Positions 1 to 7,786 of a DNA stretch of 20,000 nt are shown in pieces (the stretch's first letter is position 1; the number at the start of each line of letters is the position of its first letter). Under the pieces are notes generated by a model. That model searched no databases, was not told the DNA's origin, and was given only the letters and a program-made list of their open reading frames with translations. The translations under genes and the position numbers were made by a program. The stretch lies in the IMG/VR virus record IMGVR_UViG_3300017971_000212; one strand, written 5' to 3'. Source of the stretch: an uncultured virus (IMG/VR IMGVR_UViG_3300017971_000212) (lineage: Duplodnaviria; Heunggongvirae; Uroviricota; Caudoviricetes).

Positions 1-251
1 GGGTCGCCCGGTGGGCGGAGGTCCAGTGCCTCCACAAGCGCGGGCTGCTCTCCGAGGACGACTTCCAGAAGGCGTGTCGGCAGACCTACGACAAGCTCGG
101 AGACCTGGGCGAGCTGTCGCTGGGCATGGACGACTACCTGATGGCGACGGCTAGCGACCACGAGACGAACCAGTTCCTGCTGCGCCAGGTCCTCCGGCAG
201 AAGCAGGCGTCGGCCGACTGGGCCGAGCTCAGGAGGAGCTTGAAGGAGTAG
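1..251 (+). CDS. 3' end of a hypothetical protein (partial, starts before the window)
   Basis: Frame 3 is open from the window edge (VARWAEVQCLHKRG...WAELRRSLKE) to TAG at 249-251, with GC3-rich codons. The next ATG is at 256. Not in the ORF track because it has no start here. Confidence 0.75.
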   Translation, partial: VARWAEVQCLHKRGLLSEDDFQKACRQTYDKLGDLGELSLGMDDYLMATASDHETNQFLLRQVLRQKQASADWAELRRSLKE

Positions 252-255
252 TCGC

Positions 256-885
256 ATGCCAACCGCCGCCAAAGTCGGGTACGAGATCCTCGTCGCGAAC
301 TTCTCGCGACCCTTCCCGAGCTCGATCACGGGGGCGGACCCCGTTCACGACGCCCCGACGAAGACGCGCACGGGTTTCGAGTTCACCCACGTGCAGACCC
401 TCGGGTTCGCCTTGGACCACACGCAGGCAGGCGCCGCGCGGTCGGTCGTGGTCAGCAGCCTGCAGCAGGGGTTCGAGCCCTTTCCGCCGACCGCGCTGCC
501 GCAGGCGAGCCTCGACGTCGTGGACAACACGTTCGCCGGACTCTCCGCGATCCTGTACCTCGGTCCCTATGAGTTAGTCTCCAACCGCGACTACGTGGTC
601 GGGGCCGGCGTCAACGCGACGGCGGCGGCGATAGGCGCGGCCATCGACAACCTTCCCGGCTACAGTACCGTGGTCGCGCTCGCGAACGTGGCCGTGAGCG
701 GTCCGCGAGGCCAGGTCGGGCTGCGTTTCGACGCGACCTACAGGGGAGGCAACGACAACTTCACGTTCAACTATCCGGCAGGCTCCCCGGACGGGGTCCT
801 CGGCTACGGACCCTCCCCGGGCGACGGGCCGATCAAGCCGCCGCACATCCTGCCGCCGGGCCTGCCGAACGGCGTGGCCCCCTAG
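256..885 (+). CDS. hypothetical protein, possibly virion structural (Gly/Ala/Pro/Val-rich, 209 aa)
   Basis: ATG 256 preceded by AAGGAG (243-248), typical codon bias, tightly packed with its neighbours. The structural role is guessed from composition and context only. Confidence 0.7.
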   Translation: MPTAAKVGYEILVANFSRPFPSSITGADPVHDAPTKTRTGFEFTHVQTLGFALDHTQAGAARSVVVSSLQQGFEPFPPTALPQASLDVVDNTFAGLSAILYLGPYELVSNRDYVVGAGVNATAAAIGAAIDNLPGYSTVVALANVAVSGPRGQVGLRFDATYRGGNDNFTFNYPAGSPDGVLGYGPSPGDGPIKPPHILPPGLPNGVAP

Positions 886-899
886 CCCGCGGAGGCTGA

Positions 900-1595
900 A
901 TGGAAGCAGAGAGGCAGAGCACCCGCGACGAGATCCTCGCCCTCATTCCCGACGACGCCAAGCGCGTGAAGGTGAAGACGGAGAAGGGCGGCGAGCGCTG
1001 GCGCGACATCGAGGGAGGCAACCTGAGCGGCATCCTCGAGGGCGACGAGATCGTCGTTCTGAACGGGAAGCCCGTGGTCATGAAGACAAAGCCGGGTCGC
1101 AAGGCCAAACCCCCGGCCCCGAAGGCACCTCCTCCCGTGACCCAGACGGTCGCGCAGCTCCAGGTCGCGAAGCAGCACTTCTTCGACATGGACCCCCTGC
1201 TCCGGCAGCTCTCGAAGGGAGTCGACTCGGAGGACGTGCTGCACCTCGTCATGCACGGGTTCGCGCAGGAGGCGGCGTCGCTTGAGTTCGAGCGGCAGGA
1301 GGCCGAGCGCACCGGCAAGGAGACGAGCCAACTCTCCATCCGCCGAATCAACGCCCTCAAGGCCCTGGCCGAGACGTGGATCAAGCGGAAGGAGCAGCTC
1401 TCCGGGAAGACCATCGACATGGACAGTCCCGCGTTCCGCGAGCTGTTCAGCTTCATGCTCGACAACTTCCGCGAGGCCATGCACAAGGGCGGCGTTCCAC
1501 GGGACCAGGCCGAGACCGTGTTCGTGAGTTTGTCGGAGCGGATGAGCGACGAGTCCTGGGAGCAGGAGGCGCGCAACCGGATGAAGGGAGGATGA
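900..1595 (+). CDS. hypothetical protein, candidate terminase small subunit (231 aa)
   Basis: GGAGG at 891-895 and ATG 900. Helical, charged C-terminal half. Ends 4 nt before the large terminase start. The CDS is well supported but the TerS call rests on position only. Confidence 0.55.
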   Translation: MEAERQSTRDEILALIPDDAKRVKVKTEKGGERWRDIEGGNLSGILEGDEIVVLNGKPVVMKTKPGRKAKPPAPKAPPPVTQTVAQLQVAKQHFFDMDPLLRQLSKGVDSEDVLHLVMHGFAQEAASLEFERQEAERTGKETSQLSIRRINALKALAETWIKRKEQLSGKTIDMDSPAFRELFSFMLDNFREAMHKGGVPRDQAETVFVSLSERMSDESWEQEARNRMKGG

Positions 1596-1599
1596 GGCG

Positions 1600-3501
1600 T
1601 TGGCGAAGGGCACGGCCAACCTGGCTCGGATGGCCCTCAACGCCGGGCGACGGTCGGAGAACGCGGGGCAGCGCGACGTCGTAGACATCATCACGTTCGT
1701 CGAGGCCGAGTGGGGCCTCGACATGCGCCTGTACCCCGTCCAGCGCGTCATCCTGAAGGCCCACTACGGGATCCCGCTCGACGACAACCTGGCGAACAGC
1801 TTCGTCATCACGGACTGGAGGCGGGAGAATCCCCGGAGGTTCACGGAGGCCGAGTACCTCCGGTACCTCAACGACGAGGGCCGCTGCAACATCCGAGAGG
1901 TCGTGCCGGGACAGGAACGCCGACAGATGATCCTGAGCGTCGGACGCCGGAGTGGCAAGACCTTGATCAGCTCTTGCGTCGCGGCCTACGAGACCTACAA
2001 GCTGATCAACAAGGGCAACCCGCAGCACTACTACGGCCTGAGCCCGTCGAGCAACATCCAGCTCATCTCGGTCGCGACCGGCAAGGACCAGGCGGGCCTC
2101 CTCTACCAGGAGGTGTCGGGCCACTATGCGAAGTGCTCGTTCTTCAGGCGCTACACGGCGAACCACACGATGTCGTACGCGCGGTTCCAGACCCCCCACG
2201 ACATCGAAGAGTTCGGCCCGTACTCCGAGAACCCCCAGGCGCGGGCGAGCATCAAGGCCACTTTCCATGCTTGCAACGCCAAGGGCCTGCGCGGCGCGGG
2301 GAACGTGGTCGTCATCCTCGACGAGGTGGCCCACTTCGTCGAGCAGGGCGGGAGCTCGGCCGAGGACGTCTGGAAGGCTATCGCACCCTCGATAGGTACG
2401 TTCACCCCGAAGGACGAGTACGGCGAGCCGATCGATGGTCCCGGCACCCCCTCGGAGGGTCGCACGATCCTCATCTCCTCCCCGCTCGGCACGCAGGGCC
2501 TGTTCTACAACAAGTTCCGACAGGGGATGTCGGGCGGCGAGTCGTCCGAGCACATGCTGTGCGTTCAGGCCCCGACCTGGGAGGTCAACCCGACGGTCTC
2601 GGCGTCCGTGTTCAAGGACGCCTACGCCGAGGATCCCCGGATCTTCTTCACCGAGTGGGGGGGCGAGTTCAGGAGCGCCACCCTGGGCTGGCTGGAGGAC
2701 CCGAAAGACCTCTTCGACTGCGTGGATCCGCATCTGCGTCCCCGGTCTCGGGGACAGGCGAGGCGCCCGTACTTCGTGGGATTCGACCTCGGCCTGGCGG
2801 GGAACGGGAGCGCCCTGGCCATCGTCCACATCGACGAGCTCAACCGGATCGTCCTCGACTTCGTCGGCCAGATGAAGGCCGGAGAGGGAGAGCACGCCGA
2901 CAAGGAGCGCCTCGACTTCGAGGAGGTCGCGGCCTGGATCTTCTCCCTGTCGCGGCGCTTTCACTTCTACAAGGGCCTCTTCGACCAGTGGGGCGCGATC
3001 CCTCTCGAGCAGGCGCTCGCGAAGAAGGGCCTCAAGCAGTTCGAGGGCAAGCTGTTCTCGCCGCAGGAGAGGTCCCAGATCTGGCAGAACTTCAAGTCGA
3101 TCCTCTGGGACCGCGTGAACGGAAAGCCGCGCCTCGTCCTGTACGACATCACTCCGGAGGAGAAGGCGAGGTACGAGGCTCGAGACGAGAAGCCGCCCGA
3201 GCACCTCCTCTACCTCACGCAGCTGACCGAGCTGCAGGCGACCTACAGGAGCAAGTACGTCATCCACGTGGAGGCGCCCCAGGTCGAGGGCAAGCACGAC
3301 GACATGCCCGACGCCCTGTCGCGAGCCGTGTGGCTCGCGAGCCAGCATCTCGGCAAGATGAAGCACATCGCGCGGTCGAAGAACGGCATCAACCCAAGCT
3401 GGCCGCAACCCTCGTCGAAGGTCCGGCGTGCGAACCATCGCAAGAGGCTCCTCGGAGGCTCGGACCCGAAGAGGCAGGTCCCGCGGAGGCGCTACAGGTA
3501 G
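1600..3501 (+). CDS. terL: phage terminase large subunit (633 aa)
   Basis: TTG start with GGAGG at 1587-1591. Q-motif LYPVQ, Walker A LSVGRRSGKT, Walker B VVVILDEVAH, coupling motif ILISSP, RNase H-like nuclease motifs YFVGFDLG, FDQWG and HDDMPDAL. Confidence 0.93.
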   Translation: MAKGTANLARMALNAGRRSENAGQRDVVDIITFVEAEWGLDMRLYPVQRVILKAHYGIPLDDNLANSFVITDWRRENPRRFTEAEYLRYLNDEGRCNIREVVPGQERRQMILSVGRRSGKTLISSCVAAYETYKLINKGNPQHYYGLSPSSNIQLISVATGKDQAGLLYQEVSGHYAKCSFFRRYTANHTMSYARFQTPHDIEEFGPYSENPQARASIKATFHACNAKGLRGAGNVVVILDEVAHFVEQGGSSAEDVWKAIAPSIGTFTPKDEYGEPIDGPGTPSEGRTILISSPLGTQGLFYNKFRQGMSGGESSEHMLCVQAPTWEVNPTVSASVFKDAYAEDPRIFFTEWGGEFRSATLGWLEDPKDLFDCVDPHLRPRSRGQARRPYFVGFDLGLAGNGSALAIVHIDELNRIVLDFVGQMKAGEGEHADKERLDFEEVAAWIFSLSRRFHFYKGLFDQWGAIPLEQALAKKGLKQFEGKLFSPQERSQIWQNFKSILWDRVNGKPRLVLYDITPEEKARYEARDEKPPEHLLYLTQLTELQATYRSKYVIHVEAPQVEGKHDDMPDALSRAVWLASQHLGKMKHIARSKNGINPSWPQPSSKVRRANHRKRLLGGSDPKRQVPRRRYR

Positions 3502-3504
3502 ACG

Positions 3505-3765
3505 ATGTCGAAGGGGATCATGCCGGGAGACCCGTCCAGGGCCGATCACAGGCTCGTGGGTTACGTCCTCAAGACCTTCTTCAAGGACAGGAAGGTCCTG
3601 CACGTGCCCGAAGAGTTCGACCGCGTGGGGCGCGTGTTCGAGCGGGCCGGGGGTTCCTGGGAGCACCTGTTCAAGGGCTCGATCAGGGACATCAACCTCC
3701 TCAAGCGGATCGTGAAGATCGCGATCAAAGAGGGTTTCATGTCGAAGGCTCCGCGCTTTCGGTAG
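3505..3765 (+). CDS. small basic hypothetical protein (86 aa)
   Basis: ATG 3 nt after the terL stop, strong GC3 bias, next ATG 1 nt after its stop. Confidence 0.75.
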   Translation: MSKGIMPGDPSRADHRLVGYVLKTFFKDRKVLHVPEEFDRVGRVFERAGGSWEHLFKGSIRDINLLKRIVKIAIKEGFMSKAPRFR

Positions 3766-3766
3766 G

Positions 3767-4249
3767 ATGACGAGCGACGTGACCGATACGCCCGACAGCA
3801 CGCCCGAGACCGAGCCCAAGCCCCGGACGGAGGACGCCGAGGTCGAGCGCGAGACCATCCGGGAGGCCGTCGTCGCCCAGCAGGAGCTCGAGCGCGAGCA
3901 GCGGATCGCGGTCGAGCGAGCGGAGGCTCGGAGGGCACGGGATCGCCGCGCCGAGCAGCGTCGGGAGGAGCGCGTCGCGCAGGCCAGGGAGGCCCAGGCG
4001 CGGCGCGTAAGGGCCCTCGAGGAGGCCAACGACAGGGTCGCGGCGAACGTCGCGGAAGCCTCACGGGCTCTCAGAGGCGCCCTGAGAGCGGCCTCGGAGG
4101 TGCCCCTAGGGCGCCAGTCGGTCGAGGGACGCGAGCAGCGGCGCCTCGTGCGGAGCATCGAGGACGCCATGGGTGCCCTGCGCCGCATCCGGCGCGGGAC
4201 TTTTCACGAAGGAGAGCTCGAGCTCGACCTGGATCTTCACATCGACTGA
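3767..4249 (+). CDS. hypothetical coiled-coil protein (160 aa, E/R/A-rich)
   Basis: Operon-like packing between terL and the portal gene, with a long charged helical tract. Confidence 0.7.
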   Translation: MTSDVTDTPDSTPETEPKPRTEDAEVERETIREAVVAQQELEREQRIAVERAEARRARDRRAEQRREERVAQAREAQARRVRALEEANDRVAANVAEASRALRGALRAASEVPLGRQSVEGREQRRLVRSIEDAMGALRRIRRGTFHEGELELDLDLHID

Positions 4250-4295
4250 ACCACCCACAGGAGCACAGAACACAGGACCCCAGGAGTAGCGAGCG

Positions 4296-7200
4296 ATGGC
4301 AGCGGAAGGCAGCAAGAACGCAATCGCGGGATCGGCGTCCCCGTCCTCACAGAGGAAGAACGAGGACGAGCGCGTCGTGGCGGACGTCCCGAACACCCGG
4401 CCCGAGCTGCACATCGGCAAACCCACCCGCGTCGTCGTCGGATCTATGAGATCGAGGGGCGGCCCTACCAGCTTCCGCGCGAGGGTGGCGAGCTGCGGGC
4501 CGGGCACCGGCAGCTACGGCGGCGTCAGTGCCGGAGGCGGCGGCACCGGCTACGGAGGGTACGGAGGCTTCGGAGGGAACTTCGGAGCCGGAGCCGTCAT
4601 GCAGGCGAGCTCCGGAAACTTCTACTCCCCCGAGCTGAGCACCGACTTCCTTGAGCTTCCCCAGTCGCTCAACGAGCAGTGGAACTACTACAGGTTCTTC
4701 TACGACAACGAACCGTTCGTCGGGCAGGCGCTCGACCTGCACACCGAGCTGCCGCTGTCCAAGGTCCGGCTCGGGCGCCCGAAGGCCAACGACAGGCGGA
4801 TGGCCGAGGCGTCTCTGCGGTTCTGCGAGAAGTGGGTGAAGCGCATCGGGCTGCTCCAGCGTCTGCTCGAGATCGTCCACGACTACTTCAAGATCGGAGA
4901 GGTCTACATCTTCTGCGAGGACGCCAACCCGGAGATCCCACAGGACGTCCGGAAGAAGGTCGTGAGGCGCGTCGAGGCGGACGGCACGCTGACGGAGACG
5001 TGGGTCGACCGCGAGGACGCGAACGAGCGCACCGTCAGGTGGATGAAGCAGCACTACAAGGGGTGGACCAGCATCAGGACCGTCCCGCCCGAGCAGATCC
5101 ACCTCCAGACGTTCCCGTTCACCGACGAGGTGTTGATCGATCTGATCCCCGACTCGAAGAGCAGGCACCTGCTCGACATGGCCGACCAGGGCGACAAGTA
5201 CGCCGCGCGCGTCGTCAAGTCCATGGATCCGGTCGTGGTGGAGGCCCTTCGCAGGGGAGAAAACGTCCCGCTCAGCACCGACCCGGACGGCGGCTCCTTC
5301 GTCCACTACATGGCGAACAAGAAGTCGCAGTACGAGCCGAGGGGCCACAGCATCCTCCAGCGGTGCCTTCTTCCCGGCACGCTCATAACCGTCCAGCGCA
5401 ACGGGATCGTGCGGCAGGTCCCCGTGGAGGACGTCGACACGACTACGGATCTCCTGTTGACCCACAAGGGTCGGTTCCGTCGGGCCACGGCAGGTTCTCG
5501 CCCGGTGCGCGAGAGGGTCGCGGTCCTGCGCATCGAAGGCGTCGAAGACCCCTTGGCCCTCACCACTGACCACGAGGTGCTCCTCGTGCGGGAAGACGGC
5601 ACCGAGGCGTGGGTGCCCGCGGGCGAAGTGCGCGAGGGCGACATCGTGCGCGAGAGTCACGTTGTCCCGGAGAACGAGCCCGTCCCTGAGATCGACCTCG
5701 CGACGTGGTGGAGTAATCGGAGGCTCAACGTTGCGCGACGTTTCCGTGAAAACGCGAAGGAAGTCGAAATCCGCAACCGTGAGGTTCGCGTCATCGACGT
5801 CGAGGATGGTCCCGATGGGCTCACCGTCACCTTCGAGCACGACAACGACGACGCGGGTCAGATCGAGGCGACTGAGGGGATGCGTCGGTTCGTGGCATGG
5901 CTCAAGAACCTGGACGCGCCCACGGAGGCCACCTATGACGAGATCGCGGCCGTCACCGGAGTCGACAAGTCGAAACTCAGGAACTACGCGCACCTCCTCC
6001 GAAGGGAAGCGGATCTGCGCACCGAGAGTCGGAGCCTTGGACGGGGTCGAGGTCGTCGCACGACCTGGTGGCCCCTCTCTGGCGACGCGGTCGTCCCGCG
6101 AGAGACCCGCTGCGTCACGATGACGTCCCCCGTCGCCCGGATCGAGGTGGACGAGGGATTCTGTTACCTGCTCGGCACGTGGGTCGGAAACGGCAACATC
6201 TGGACCTCGGACGAGTTGGTCCTCAATTCTCATTCCGTCGCTTGGACCGCGGGCACCGGCGACCTGGAGCAGGAAATCAAGGCAGAGGAGATGAGGCTCG
6301 CCAGTGCCTCCTTCGGCGACCAGTGCTCGGACGGCCACCTGTTTGGAGAGGAGTCCGGCTCCGACGCGTTCAGGATTGAGGATCCGCTCCTGGCGCGGTG
6401 GTTTATGGATGAGTTCGGGCACTCGGCCCAGAGCAAGCGGATCCCGAGGTGGCTCTTCGACCTCGACGAGGCTCGCGTGTTGGCGTTCCTGCGGGGACTG
6501 CTCGACACGGACGGGAATCTCCAGGAGAGGACGACACAGACGACCATCAGGTTTGAGATGGATAACCGCGTCCTCCTCGACCAGGTGCATCTCCTCTGCA
6601 ACAGGCTCGGGATAAAGACCCAGGTCAGGAACTATGTGAAACCCGCGCGGTCGTGGACGCGGCGCTGGAAGACCAAGAGGGGTTGGAAAGAGAAGAGTTA
6701 CCATTACGATGCCAAGGCGTACGCGACTCTCACGGCGACGCGCCACGCTGACGTGCGTCGTTGGGCCGAGGGGTCCGTCAAGGGATCGAAGGTCGAGTGG
6801 CAGGACAAGACGCACCCGAACGCCCTGCGTACACAGTTCGTGAACGGATGGCTCACGCGGAGGGTCGAAGGCACCGGTTTGGTGCCATACGAAGGACTCG
6901 TGTTCTCGTTCGATGTCGAGGGAGACGAGTCTCACGTAACACATCAAATGGTGACCCATAACTGCTTGAGAACATTAGTATTTTTTGATAAGTTGAGACA
7001 GGCCCAGACCAGCATCGCCTCCCGGCACATGACGCCGATCCGGCTCGTCTACGCCGAGGACATGGACGAGGAGAACACCGAGGCCCTCCGCGACCAGATC
7101 GACCTCGCCCTCCAGGACCCGGACTACACCATCGTCACCAACTTCCAGGTGACGTGGGAGGAGATGAACTCGAACGGGCGCCTCCTCGAACTCTCGAGCG

Positions 7201-7745
7201 AGTACGACCTCATCGCGCGGCAGCTCTACGCGGGGCTCGGCGTCACCGAGACCCTCCTGAACGGAGAGTCGAGCTACAGCGGCGACCGCATCAACCTCGA
7301 GGTCATCAACACGCGCTACATGCTGCTCCGCGAGAACGTCCAGCGCCTCGTCGAGGAGTACTTCTTCAAGCCCATGTGTCGTCGGATGGGCTTCGTCGAG
7401 GAGGACGAGGACGGCCAGCTCGAAGTGATCTACCCGCGCCTGAGCTTCACGCGGCTCGCCCTGCGCGACAACCAGGACACCTTCGACGCGCTGTTCAACC
7501 TCTACCAGAAGGGGAGCCTCGACATAGAGACGATCCTCGACCTGCTCAACATCGACCCGGTGGTCGTCCGTGAGAGGCTCGAGGCCGACTTCGGGACCTT
7601 CAACGACTCGCAGTTCAACGAGGTCCTGCGCTCCGCCTACGGGCGCGTCGGCGACCAGCTCGTCGAGGGGTCCGACATCGTTCAGAAGATCGCCGACGTC
7701 CTGGGCGTGGACTACAAGAAGCCCGAGGAACCCGGACGGTTCTAG
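4296..7745 (+). CDS. phage portal protein precursor containing an intein (1149 aa, ~616 aa after splicing)
   Basis: AGGAG upstream of ATG 4296, downstream of terL. Extein segments (YRFFYDNEPFVGQALDLHTELPLS, EIVHDYFKIGEVYIF, RGHSILQR/CLRTLVFFDKLRQAQ, YAGLGVTETLLNGE) resemble large-phage portal proteins, and the spliced size fits a portal. Confidence 0.78.
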   Translation: MAAEGSKNAIAGSASPSSQRKNEDERVVADVPNTRPELHIGKPTRVVVGSMRSRGGPTSFRARVASCGPGTGSYGGVSAGGGGTGYGGYGGFGGNFGAGAVMQASSGNFYSPELSTDFLELPQSLNEQWNYYRFFYDNEPFVGQALDLHTELPLSKVRLGRPKANDRRMAEASLRFCEKWVKRIGLLQRLLEIVHDYFKIGEVYIFCEDANPEIPQDVRKKVVRRVEADGTLTETWVDREDANERTVRWMKQHYKGWTSIRTVPPEQIHLQTFPFTDEVLIDLIPDSKSRHLLDMADQGDKYAARVVKSMDPVVVEALRRGENVPLSTDPDGGSFVHYMANKKSQYEPRGHSILQRCLLPGTLITVQRNGIVRQVPVEDVDTTTDLLLTHKGRFRRATAGSRPVRERVAVLRIEGVEDPLALTTDHEVLLVREDGTEAWVPAGEVREGDIVRESHVVPENEPVPEIDLATWWSNRRLNVARRFRENAKEVEIRNREVRVIDVEDGPDGLTVTFEHDNDDAGQIEATEGMRRFVAWLKNLDAPTEATYDEIAAVTGVDKSKLRNYAHLLRREADLRTESRSLGRGRGRRTTWWPLSGDAVVPRETRCVTMTSPVARIEVDEGFCYLLGTWVGNGNIWTSDELVLNSHSVAWTAGTGDLEQEIKAEEMRLASASFGDQCSDGHLFGEESGSDAFRIEDPLLARWFMDEFGHSAQSKRIPRWLFDLDEARVLAFLRGLLDTDGNLQERTTQTTIRFEMDNRVLLDQVHLLCNRLGIKTQVRNYVKPARSWTRRWKTKRGWKEKSYHYDAKAYATLTATRHADVRRWAEGSVKGSKVEWQDKTHPNALRTQFVNGWLTRRVEGTGLVPYEGLVFSFDVEGDESHVTHQMVTHNCLRTLVFFDKLRQAQTSIASRHMTPIRLVYAEDMDEENTEALRDQIDLALQDPDYTIVTNFQVTWEEMNSNGRLLELSSEYDLIARQLYAGLGVTETLLNGESSYSGDRINLEVINTRYMLLRENVQRLVEEYFFKPMCRRMGFVEEDEDGQLEVIYPRLSFTRLALRDNQDTFDALFNLYQKGSLDIETILDLLNIDPVVVRERLEADFGTFNDSQFNEVLRSAYGRVGDQLVEGSDIVQKIADVLGVDYKKPEEPGRF
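5364..6962 (+). mobile_element. intein with LAGLIDADG homing endonuclease domain (533 aa, residues 357-889 of the portal ORF)
   Basis: N-terminal block A CLLPGTLITV, block B LTTDHEVL (TxxH), endonuclease blocks YLLGTWVGNG and AFLRGLLDTDG, block F VFSFDVEGDESHV, C-terminal VTHN followed by +1 Cys. Codon usage is weaker than in the exteins. Confidence 0.95.
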
Positions 7746-7786
7746 GACGGTTTTCGCCCTATCGTGCGGCCTCTAGCGGAGGCCCC

